Source of the DNA: an uncultured Bacilli bacterium
GTDB lineage: Bacteria; Bacillota_I; Bacilli_A; RF39; UBA660
Direction: 5' to 3'
Length of the DNA: 64,000 bases
Assembly: GCA_934120635.1 (NCBI GenBank)
Contig: CAKOUR010000009.1
Coordinates: forward strand, 15,406-79,405
Of this stretch, positions 38,444 through 48,400 are shown one piece after another; within the stretch, counting starts at the first letter, position 1; each line of letters opens with the position of its first letter. The translations under genes were made by a program, and so were the position numbers. The notes beneath the pieces were generated by a model. That model was not told the DNA's origin. It ran no database searches and saw nothing but the letters and a program-made list of their open reading frames with translations.

Positions 38444-39007
38444 ATGAAAAATACAGTTGATAAAATTAAAAATAATAAATGTTTAAGGATTATTTATAAA
38501 GTATTAAAAGCAATAACGACTTTGTTAATTATTTTAATTGTTAGTGTTATTTTTGTTCAAAGAATATCTAATAATAAAGTAACAATAGGTGGATATAGTG
38601 TTTTTACGATTATTACAGAGAGTATGGTGCCTAAATATCAAGTTGGAGATATGTTGCTATCTAAGAAATGTGCTATTGATAAGATTAAAGTAGGTGATGA
38701 TGTTGTTTATATGGGAAAAAGTGGTACTTTTGAAGGAAAAATTGTAACTCATAGGGTGATAAAAATTGATAAAACTAGTAATGGATTAGAGTTTCATACG
38801 AAAGGTATTGCTAATGCTGTTGAAGATCCTTTAGTTAATGGTGATCAAATTTATGGAGTTGTTAGTAAGAAATTATTCTTTTTGAGTATGCTTAGTAAGT
38901 TAGTTAATAATATATATGGCTTTTATTTTATTATTTTTATCCCTTTTGCAATTATGATATTTCTTGAAATTATTGCTATGATGCATGAAAAAGATAAGAA
39001 AAATTAA
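38444..39007 (+). CDS. A6: signal peptidase I, SipW/archaeal-ER type
   Basis: N- and C-terminal TM segments. Nucleophile context TIITESMVP (the Ser codon AGT is at 38621-38623). His context IVTHRVIKID. Then HTKGIANAVED. Confidence 0.75.
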   Translation: MKNTVDKIKNNKCLRIIYKVLKAITTLLIILIVSVIFVQRISNNKVTIGGYSVFTIITESMVPKYQVGDMLLSKKCAIDKIKVGDDVVYMGKSGTFEGKIVTHRVIKIDKTSNGLEFHTKGIANAVEDPLVNGDQIYGVVSKKLFFLSMLSKLVNNIYGFYFIIFIPFAIMIFLEIIAMMHEKDKKN

Positions 39008-39645
39008 TGAATAATAATAATCAGCTATTAAAAGTCATATGGAAAGTTGTTAAAAAGAGATTTAAACTTAGTCATTTATTGTTTATTGCATTACTTCTTA
39101 CTTGTAATTCTTTTGCTTGGTTTATTTATATGAATAAGATCGATAGTGATATTGATGTTAAGGTAAAGGCTTGGAATGTTTCTTTTCGCTTTGATAATCA
39201 AACTATGAGTGATTATATTAAATTTGATGTTCGGGATATATATCCTGGAATGGAAGATAATAGACAAGAGGTTTCTGTTACGAATGATGGTGAAGTAGCG
39301 GCTAAACTTTACTATGAAATTGTTAGTGTTAGAATTTTTGATAAAACTTATTCGGTAAATGATGGTGGTTTTAGTTCTTCAGAGATTGAAAATGTACTTA
39401 ATCAGTCTTATCCTTTTAAGATTAATATTTCTTCTGATAAAGAGGTTATTGATGGTAAGGGAGGTGTTGCTAAGTTTATTGTGAATGTTTCTTGGCCTTA
39501 TGAAACTTTGGATGATAATGGAGAACTAAAGGATTTGGATGATACTTATTGGGGAAATAAAGCTTATTCTTATGGTAAGGAATATCCAGATAAGCCTTGC
39601 GTTTTGTTAAATATAAAATTATCAGCAACACAGGTAAATAATTAG
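39007..39645 (+). CDS. A7: small TasA/camelysin-like secreted protein (class 'AxWK', paralogue of A8 and B3)
   Basis: Signal core followed by CNSFAWFIY, then DVKVKAWNVSF (compare A8 NVSIARWKILV and B3 GVSVASWKIKV). The start overlaps the A6 stop (TAATG). Confidence 0.6.
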   Translation: MNNNNQLLKVIWKVVKKRFKLSHLLFIALLLTCNSFAWFIYMNKIDSDIDVKVKAWNVSFRFDNQTMSDYIKFDVRDIYPGMEDNRQEVSVTNDGEVAAKLYYEIVSVRIFDKTYSVNDGGFSSSEIENVLNQSYPFKINISSDKEVIDGKGGVAKFIVNVSWPYETLDDNGELKDLDDTYWGNKAYSYGKEYPDKPCVLLNIKLSATQVNN

Positions 39646-39691
39646 ATTGAATAAATTGATATTCTTTTGAATTTAAAAAATAAAATGTTGT

Positions 39692-39728
39692 AAAAAATCA
39701 CATCAAATTTTTGGCGTGATTTTTGTTT
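39692..39728. terminator. bidirectional terminator between convergent A7 and A8
   Basis: AAAATCAC (39694-39701) pairs with GTGATTTT (39716-39723). It is flanked by an A-run upstream and a T-run downstream. Confidence 0.5.
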
Positions 39729-39814
39729 ATAATCTTTAAAAAATATTAAAGTTTAAGATTATGTTTAAGTATTTTATAATAAATATTTTAAGTTATTTTT
39801 TAAAGTTGATGTTT

Positions 39815-40456
39815 TTAATTTGTATTTTGAACTGTTGGAAGTTGAATAAATTTTAAATGAACATTTACTTTTGCTAATCCATCTTTGATGGTGGTTGTAT
39901 TAGTGTCAGCTTTATTGTCCATAGTTGCACCATTATTTTCATCATCATTCCATTTTAAATATACTCTTATTTTTAATTCTTTGTTTTTACTATTGTAAGG
40001 AATTTGATCTTCTATTTTTATTTGATTATCTTTAGAAATTATTTCTTGTTTTTCTCCATCATTTAAGGAATATCCTGAAATTGACATATCTTTTACAATG
40101 CTGTTATCGTTATTGCTGGTAGTAATCTCATATTTTAATGATACATCTGTATTAGAAGCATCGATTATCATATCGAAATATCCTTCTGCTGTTGGAGCAA
40201 TAACATTAGCAGCAATATTATCGTTTCCTTTAAAAATAGGACTAATGATATTAGTTAATTCTTTTTCGGTTGTTATATCTTTATTGTTTACTAATATTTT
40301 CCAGCGAGCGATAGACACATTAGCATCTGATGTGGTTTGAGTTATATATTTAGCATATGTTTGTTTTATTGTGAATATTGATAATATAATTAAGAAACTT
40401 AAAGATAAAATCAGAATTTGTTTTTTTCTCTTTTCTTTTTTTGATATATAAGGCAT
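39815..40456 (-). CDS. A8: small TasA/camelysin-like secreted protein (class 'AxWK'), on the opposite strand
   Basis: Signal core followed by KQTYAKYITQTTSD, then NVSIARWKILVNN. RBS GAGGAGGAA is upstream on the minus strand. Confidence 0.6.
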   Translation of the reverse strand: MPYISKKEKRKKQILILSLSFLIILSIFTIKQTYAKYITQTTSDANVSIARWKILVNNKDITTEKELTNIISPIFKGNDNIAANVIAPTAEGYFDMIIDASNTDVSLKYEITTSNNDNSIVKDMSISGYSLNDGEKQEIISKDNQIKIEDQIPYNSKNKELKIRVYLKWNDDENNGATMDNKADTNTTTIKDGLAKVNVHLKFIQLPTVQNTN

Positions 40457-40481
40457 TTTATTCCTCCTCTATTATATTTTT

Positions 40482-40510
40482 ATTATAGCAAAACATTTTT
40501 AAAAATACAA
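40482..40510 (-). promoter_or_regulatory. sigma-A promoter of A8 (minus strand)
   Basis: The minus strand reads TTGTAT, 17-nt spacer, TATAAT (plus-strand ATACAA at 40505-40510 and ATTATA at 40482-40487). Confidence 0.65.
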
Positions 40511-40539
40511 TTGCAGATGATAGAGAATTATGATAAACT
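40511..40539 (+). promoter_or_regulatory. sigma-A promoter of the A9-A10-A11 operon
   Basis: TTGCAG (40511-40516), 17-nt spacer, TGaTAAACT (40531-40539). It abuts the divergent A8 promoter. Confidence 0.5.
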
Positions 40540-40567
40540 ATACATTATAGGTAAGTAGGGTGGTATA

Positions 40568-41284
40568 ATGAGTAAAGTTGTTGTAACAGCTAGTCGTTTA
40601 GAGAGAAGAAAAAAGATTAATAAGTATTTGAAGAGAATTACTTTAATTTTAATGATATTGTTTGCTTTTTTGTATATTATTTTAGCAATTATTTATAATG
40701 GTGGTAATTTTACTATTACTTTGGATCCTACTTTTTCGGCTGATACAGGGATAGTTTTATATGAAAATAGAGAAAAGAAAGAAATTAAAAATAGGTTATA
40801 TGCTAAAGAGATAGATTCAATGGATAATATTTCTATTAAGTGGATTCCAGATAATATTGATGATGAGAAAGATGGAGCACATAATGGTGATAATTACATA
40901 GCGTATACTTTTTATTTAGAGAATGAGGGAAAAGAGGAGATTAATTATTGGGTAGAATGTACGATTGATGATGTTATTCGCCGAATTGATGAGGCTGTTA
41001 GAATAATGATTATTTTAAATGGGGATAAGGTTGTTTATGCTAAGGAGAATAGTCTTACAAAGATGGCGGAGGATGGTACGGAAAAGTTTTATAAAAGTAA
41101 GGTGCCAGTTCTAAGAAAAAGATCTAATTTTAAGTCTGGGGATATTGATAAATATACAATAGTTGTTTGGGTAGAAGGTGATGATCCTGATTGTGTAGAT
41201 GCTTTGATTGGTGGAGAGATTAAGATGCATTTAGATATTAGAGATGAACATATTTCTAATTTGAATAAAGAAAAGAAGAAATAG
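40568..41284 (+). CDS. A9: membrane-anchored protein sharing the C-terminal W.EG.D.DC motif with A10 and B6
   Basis: Basic N-terminus plus a TM segment (ITLILMILFAFLYIILAIIY), but no [ST][YF][AS]x[FY] motif. The C-terminal VVWVEGDDPDCVDALIGGEIKMHL parallels A10 and B6. Confidence 0.55.
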   Translation: MSKVVVTASRLERRKKINKYLKRITLILMILFAFLYIILAIIYNGGNFTITLDPTFSADTGIVLYENREKKEIKNRLYAKEIDSMDNISIKWIPDNIDDEKDGAHNGDNYIAYTFYLENEGKEEINYWVECTIDDVIRRIDEAVRIMIILNGDKVVYAKENSLTKMAEDGTEKFYKSKVPVLRKRSNFKSGDIDKYTIVVWVEGDDPDCVDALIGGEIKMHLDIRDEHISNLNKEKKK

Positions 41285-41292
41285 GTGAAAAT

Positions 41293-42339
41293 ATGGGAAA
41301 GAGAATAAGGACGAGGAAGATTTACTATTATGAAGAGGTAGAAGAAGATAGTGTTGATAAGAAAAAAGTTGTTTATTTATTATTTTTACTTTTGATGACT
41401 GGAATTATGCTTGCTACTTCTACTTATGCATGGTTTACAACTAATCGTATAGTTAAGGTTGATACTTTGAATATTAAGGTACAAAGTGAGGGGAGTTTAG
41501 AAATTTCTGTTGATGGTATTAATTGGAAACCTGGTATTACTCAAGAAGAACTTGCTGCTGCTAGAAGTACTTATCCTGGTAGTGTTAATCAGCTTCCTTC
41601 TTTGATTGAGCCAGTATCAACGGTTGGAGAGCTTGATAATCGTGGCTTTATGAATATGTATTTGGGTGTAGTTAAATCTAATAGTATGGGAGATTATATT
41701 TTAACTTCAACTAAAAGTACTGAGATAGAGGGAAATGGTGAATTATCTGATGGTAAGTTTGTGGCTTTTGATTTATTTTTAAAGACAACTGAGGCTAAGG
41801 ATTTGTATTTAACTGGTAAATCTGGGGTTACTTATAATGGTAATGCTAGTGTTGGAACTGAAAATGCTATTCGAGTTGCTTTTGTTAATGAAGGGAATGT
41901 AATGGATGGTAGTGGAAGTTCGGTTATTCAGTCTCTTGCTACAACTAATCGGGATAATGTTTATATTTGGGAGCCTAATTATGATACTCATACTTTAACT
42001 GGCATTAGTAATGCTTTAGATATTTATAATATAACAACTAGTTTAAATGGGGCTCAATATATCCCTTATGATGGGGTACAATCTGAGATTAGTGAGGATG
42101 AAAATATTACTTTAAAGAGATCTTTTGCTAGTTATTATCCTAATAAATTTTTTAGGGTTACGCCTTTTTTAATTACTCCAAGTGGTAGTAATACTTATCA
42201 AAAGTTTATTAATTTACCTAGTGGTATTACTAAAATTAGGGTTTATTTATGGTTAGAAGGACAAGATGTTGATTGTGAGAATAATGCTTCTGTTGGGGAC
42301 TTAGCTTTTACTTTGGAGTTTAGTACTAATCCCTCTTAA
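41293..42339 (+). CDS. A10: large secreted subunit-like protein with SipW/TasA-class signal (paralogue of B6)
   Basis: LATSTYAWFTTNRIVKVDTLNIKVQSEGSLEISVDG matches B6 LSTSTYAWFTSNRTVTVEDINVNVAASGGIQVSVDG. The shared C-terminus is YLWLEGQDVDCENNASVGDLAFTLEFS. Confidence 0.65.
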   Translation: MGKRIRTRKIYYYEEVEEDSVDKKKVVYLLFLLLMTGIMLATSTYAWFTTNRIVKVDTLNIKVQSEGSLEISVDGINWKPGITQEELAAARSTYPGSVNQLPSLIEPVSTVGELDNRGFMNMYLGVVKSNSMGDYILTSTKSTEIEGNGELSDGKFVAFDLFLKTTEAKDLYLTGKSGVTYNGNASVGTENAIRVAFVNEGNVMDGSGSSVIQSLATTNRDNVYIWEPNYDTHTLTGISNALDIYNITTSLNGAQYIPYDGVQSEISEDENITLKRSFASYYPNKFFRVTPFLITPSGSNTYQKFINLPSGITKIRVYLWLEGQDVDCENNASVGDLAFTLEFSTNPS

Positions 42340-42456
42340 TTAAATAAAATAATACTTAATTGTTATGAGTATTATTTTTATTTTTGTTTGTTAAAAATAA
42401 AGTGACTTTTTATTTGGGGTATGGTATAATTTAGTTAATGTAGGAGAGTGGTATAG

Positions 42457-45400
42457 ATGCGTTATCGTAATGTTAAGACTAGTAAGATTTTGATTACGAT
42501 TATTCTTTCTGTTTTTGTTATTGCATCTATTACTACTTATTCATTAACTTATAGTGAATATACAACAACTACTACTTTGTCAGAAGTGGAAAATGCTAGT
42601 GGTATTTTTGATAATACAGTTGTTGTTGATGATAGTACAAGTGATTATAATTATTATATGAGTTTAAATTATACAGAAAATTCTTCTAATACTCTTCCTA
42701 CTGGTGTTAATCAAAATATTTATACTAAAAATAATTTAGTTAATGTAGAAATTACTTATGATGGTAGTTCTATTGATGATAATTCTTTAGTTGGGTATGT
42801 TAGTTTGTCTGAGAGACAAAATATTTATAAGTATTATAAGATGTATCCTGTTGTGGATGGATATGTTGATATTCCATTAATAGAAAATCCTTTTACAGAC
42901 AGGCCTACTAATATGGGATTTAATGGTTGGGTTACAGATTATTCTGGTGTAATTCTTCGCTATGATGATAAATTTTATGAGAGGTATGCGAGGGTTCCTG
43001 TTAACTCTATTGGTGATGTTAAGATTACTTTTCATGCTAGTTGGGTTAGTGCTAATGTTGGAAATATTACTTCTAGTTCTAATCAATGGTCTAGTGCTTT
43101 TGGTTCTTTGAATAAGAAGGGTATGGTCCAACTTGGTGGGTCTATTCCTGTTTATGAGAGTGTTGTTGGTCTTTATACTAAGGAACATATTTCTGGTGGT
43201 AGTTGGTGGAATAGAGTTTATTTTCCTGAAAATTCTTTTGATGATTCTGGGAAGAATATAGAGGGGCAACAGTGTCGTGATTGGAATGGCTGTGATTATT
43301 ATGCTAAGGTTTTAGCTGATGTTTATAATGCTGGTGTTACTTATTATAAGTTGGTAAATAAGAGGATGCAAAGTTATACTCCAAAGATTACTGGTTATGA
43401 TGAACTTCCTGGTTTGGAACCTGGTAAGGTTCTTGCTTCTTTTTATCGCAAGGTTAAGATTAATCGTTATGAGGATATTAGTGGATATTATAATGATGAT
43501 GGTGTATATCAAGAGAGTGGTACTTGTAGTAGTAGTTCTGGGTGTTTTTATTATGAATTGGTACAATATTATGATAATAATGGTCAAGTAGAGACTGTTG
43601 TTGATGGTGAGAGTTATTATTATCTTGCTACTAGGGATACTAATATTATTGTTATGAAATCTAATACTAGTAGTGTTCCTTCTGATAGTATGGTTAAGCC
43701 TTATACTTTAACTAGTGTATATAATGGTGTTGATTATCGTAATAATGTTACTTGGACTGTTTCCAATTCTGCTGTTTATGCTTATAGTGATGTTAATATT
43801 GAGAATATTAGAATTAATTCTAATGCTTTAGATGATGGAAAAAATAATCCGACTTCTAGTGCTAGTTCTTCTAGGTATTTTTATGGTAATTATCATAATG
43901 TTAGGTTTGGAAGAGGAATTCTTAGAACTGGTAATTATAAGAATTTTTATGGTATTTTGGGGGGAGATAATAAGTATGAAAATTTGGGGAATAGTGGTAA
44001 TGTATATAAGTATAGTTTAATTATTGAGAGTGGTTTTTATAATGTTCTTTCTTTATCTAATGGTAGTGTTTATGATAATTATAGTTGGAATACTAGTAAT
44101 AAGTATATTATGAATAAGTCTATATATGGTAATGATTATGATAGGGTGAAGAAGGATAATGATAAGTTTGATGTTTCTTTTTGTGCTGCTGCTAGTTGGG
44201 GTGGAGGAGATTATTATTCGTCTTCTAATATTGGCTATGATTTAGTTGTTAAAAGTGGTAGTTTTGGTACTAAAAAAGTTGATTATTCTGCTGGCCTTTA
44301 TATGGGAGGAAGAGGTTATGGAGAGCATTATACTTCTAAGAAAACAAAGATTGAGGGAGGATGGATTTATAATTTAATTGGTGGTCCTTCTGTTGGTAGT
44401 AGTAGATCTAATTATAATGATATTTATCTTTATATGACTGGTGGAGAAGTCGATTCTATTGTTGGTGGTGCTGGTCTTAGTACAACTTATGGTAATAGAG
44501 TTTTAGCGATTACTGGTGGTGTTGTTAATTATCATGTTTTTGGTGGATCTAATGGTTATATTGGAAATAGTGGTGATGGAAAATTAACTGGTAGTTCGTT
44601 TATTTATGTTGGTGGAAATGCTTTAATTGGTAATGAGAATAATGTTAATAATAATACTAAGTTATGGGGTGCTGAAGCTGGTTCTGTATTTGGTATAGGT
44701 AATGGGAACTCTAGTAATGATTCAATTGGGACTAATGATAATTCTGCTATTATTATAGATGGTGATGCTATAGTTTCTGGTAATGTATATGGTGGAGGTA
44801 ATTATGGAGCTACTGGGATTAATGGTACTGGTAATAATTATACACATATTAATTTATTAGGTGGTCTTGTTAAAGGTAATGTATATGGTGGGGGTAATAA
44901 TAATGGAGCTGGTTCTTCTTCAAATTTTAAAGTAAATATTGTTTTAAATGGTGGTGTTGTTGAGGGATCTATTTATGGTGGTTCTAGGACAAAGGGGACT
45001 ATTTCTGGTTCGGTTAATTTGAATTTATTATCTGGTCATGTAAAGACTTCTTGCTATGGTGGTGGTGAGGGTGGCTATGTATCTTCTACTAATTCTGGAA
45101 CTTTTGTTACAGGTAATGTTGATGTTGTTGTAGGGAATACTGATGCTGATAATAAGTTATTAAAAATTGATAATTCTATTTATGGTGGTAGTGCTTTTGG
45201 AACTGTAAATGGTTCTAGTAATTCTTCTAATATTTCTAGTTATAATACTACTTTACAGGTATTATCTGGAACGATTAATAATGTATATGGTGGGGGTGAA
45301 GGAAATGATACTTATACGCCATATGTTCTTGGGAATGTTAATGTTGATGTATATGGTGGAAGTATTAATAATGTTTTTGGAGGATCTGATCAAAAGGGAA

Positions 45401-48400
45401 CTCCTAATGGTAAGGTTACAGTAAATATACGTGGAGGTAAAATTGTTAATACTTATGCTGGGGGTAATAAAACAGAAGTTGGAGAGCCAGTAATTAATTT
45501 TTATGGTGGCGTTACAGAAAATGGCTATGGTGGAGGAAATCAAGCTAAAGTTAATGTTAGCCATGTTTTGTTAGATGGTGGTAAGGTTAATAATTTGTTC
45601 GGTTCTTCTAATTTGAGTGGAGATGTTTCTACTAGTAATGTTGTTGTTTCTTCTGGAATTGGAGAAAATATTTATGGTGGTAATAATATTGGTGGTACTA
45701 CGAATATTTCTAATGTTAATATAAATGGTGGAGAAATTAATAATGTATATGGTGGGGGTAGAGAAACTGATATTAGTACTTCTTCTAATGTTAATATAAT
45801 GGGGAGTGCTACTAATGTTTTTGGAGGTTCTGATAAATCTGGTAATGTTAAGACCAGTTATATTAATGTTAATGATGGTGTTGTTACTAATATTTATGGG
45901 GGGAATAATTTAGGTGGTAAGACTAATACTTCTAATGTTACGGTTAATGGTGGTATTATTGGTTCTTTATATGGTGGTGGATTAGAAGCTTTTACTACTA
46001 CTTCTAATTTGAATGTTCTTTATGGTAAGGTTGATTATTTATTTGGTGGGGGTAAGAGTGCTGGTGTTAATGATACACATCTTAATTTAAATAAAGGATA
46101 TATTAAAAATACTTATGGGGGATCTAATGTTTTAGGAGATGTAATTAATACTAATATTAAGAATACTAATTTAGAGTTAGAGAGTAATAGTGATTTGTAT
46201 GCTGATGTTACATTTGATAAAAGTACTGTTAATCAGACAAATAATCAGAATATTAAGTCTAGTGAGAATATTAAGGTTACTCTTCATAATAATTCAAATG
46301 TTAGTTATAATGATTGGGATTTTTATTTAATTACAACTGATTCTGTATTTGATTCTAATTGGTCTTCTACAAATATAGAGGAGATTAATGGGGTATTTCA
46401 TGCTAATCAGGTTAATCAATGGTATGGAACAAATGCTTTGTCTTCTTATTCAACTCTTTCTTTTGATTTTAATATTCACTCTTATGTATCTTATGATGAC
46501 TTTTTTGTTATTGGTTATGTTTTAATTGGTCATACTTCTAATTCTGATGATGTTAAGACTGTTTATTATAATGATTTATATGTTACTAATATGTATGGTG
46601 GTAATAATGAGGGTGGTGTTACTACTAATAGTAATATTGATTTATCTAGTGGTATTTATGGTACTGTTTATGGTGGTGGAAATAAGGCTGTTATTAATAA
46701 AAGTAATGTTAATGTTGTTAATGCTACTATTTTGAATTCTATTTATGGTGGTGGAAATGCTGCTTCTGTTCTTACTGATACTTCTTTAAATGTTTTGGAT
46801 AAGACTACTGTAAATGGTGATGTTTATGGTGGCGGTAATGATGCTATTGTTGATGGAGATACTAATGTAAAAATTGTTGGTGCTTCTGTTTTAGGTAATA
46901 CTTATGGTGGCGGTAATAATGGAGCTGTTTTAGGGGAAGCTAATACTAGGATTACTAGTAGTACTATTTCTAATAGTGCTCATGCTGGTGGTAATGGTAA
47001 GACGGCAGTGGTTGTTATGGGAAATAAGATTGATGTTGAGGGAAAAACGTTGATTAAAAAGCATTTGTTTGGTGGTGGAAATGCTGCTGCTACGGGATGT
47101 GATAAAGAGTTTACTTCTTCTTTAGAACTTGTTTCTTGTGATAATGTTAATCAGGCATATAGTTATGTTAATGTGGCTGGTGCATCAATTTTAGGTAATG
47201 TTTATGGTGGGGCTAATACTTCGGTTGTTTATGGTGAAACTTTTGTTAATATTGGTATTGATACTTTAGATAAAAGTAATAATTATATAAAGGATGATAT
47301 TGATATTAAGGGTACGGTTTTTGGTGGTGGAGAGGCTAATGCTAGTGGTAGTGTTGATTATGATTTTAAGTTTATTAGTGTTACAAAAGGAATTAATATT
47401 GATATTAATGGACTTAATCATGATGTTTATTTAATTGAAGGTTCTATTTTTGGTAGTGGGAATGCTTCTTCTTCTGGTGGATATAGTTATATTAATATTA
47501 ATAATTATGGTACTTTTGATAATTATAAGACTAATGTATCTATTCAAAGAAGTGATGTTGTTACTTTGAATAATAGTGCTATTGAATTATTAGGAGCTAC
47601 AGATAGGACAAATAAATATAAGAATGAGTTATTTACTTTTAGTAGAATTAAACATCTTAAGTTAAAGAATGGATCAGTATTATATTTAAATAAAGGTACT
47701 AACTTATTAGAAAGGTATTCTAGTTTAGTTGATGTTGATGGTAAAGAGAAAAAAGTTGAAGTTTTAATTGATTTAGAAGAGAAAAAAGTTACAAAAAATG
47801 GGGATAATCGTATTTATATGCTTGAGGGAAAGAATATGAATATTTCTGATGATGAATCTCTTGCTACTTATGGAGAGGTTGATGGAATGACTTTTTTTGG
47901 AATGTTTACTAAGGATAGGACAGGTAAAATTGCTACAGCACTTTATTCGAAAGAGTATAGTTATGGTGATCAGGTTAGTAGTTCAGAACTTTATCATTTT
48001 TCTAGTGGTAGTTATGTAATGGGACAACATAAGGAGAAACATGATTATAAAAAAGATGGATTTTATACGAATTATCCTGATGATGGTAATGTTCTTAAGC
48101 AAGATTATATTGAACCAACGCCTAATGATACTATTTATTATAGATGGGTAGTAGGTGAGGCTGTTGATGTTATTGAAATTAGTTTGACAGCAAGTAAATA
48201 TTCTACTTTGGGTACATATGAGTTACAATTACTTAATTATTATCAGCCTAATACTGAATTTCATATTTTAGGTGTTAATTTTGATAATTTATCTAATAAT
48301 ATTGAACTGCTTGCTAGTGATGATATTCCAAGGTATGCTAATAATGTTGAGGATGCTAATCGTGATTTTGGATTATCAATTAAAACTGGAACTAATGGTT

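Noticed and set aside
40553-40570. TGGTATAAT just upstream of A9, considered as an extended -10 promoter element
   Set aside because: The TATAAT overlaps the A9 start codon itself (TATAATG). Transcription from it would begin inside the gene, and GGGTGG here serves better as the RBS. The upstream TTGCAG/TAAACT pair is preferred.
42877-46735. Several 60-130-aa ORFs nested in or antisense to the giant gene A11 (for example 42877-43269 minus, 43312-43587 minus, 45262-45564 minus, 46526-46735 plus)
   Set aside because: They are fully contained in a 7.6-kb ORF with a coherent repeat structure. Their translations are low-complexity Ile/Asn/Thr/Arg/Leu strings, as expected from alternative frames of AT-rich Gly/Asn codons. 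None has an RBS.
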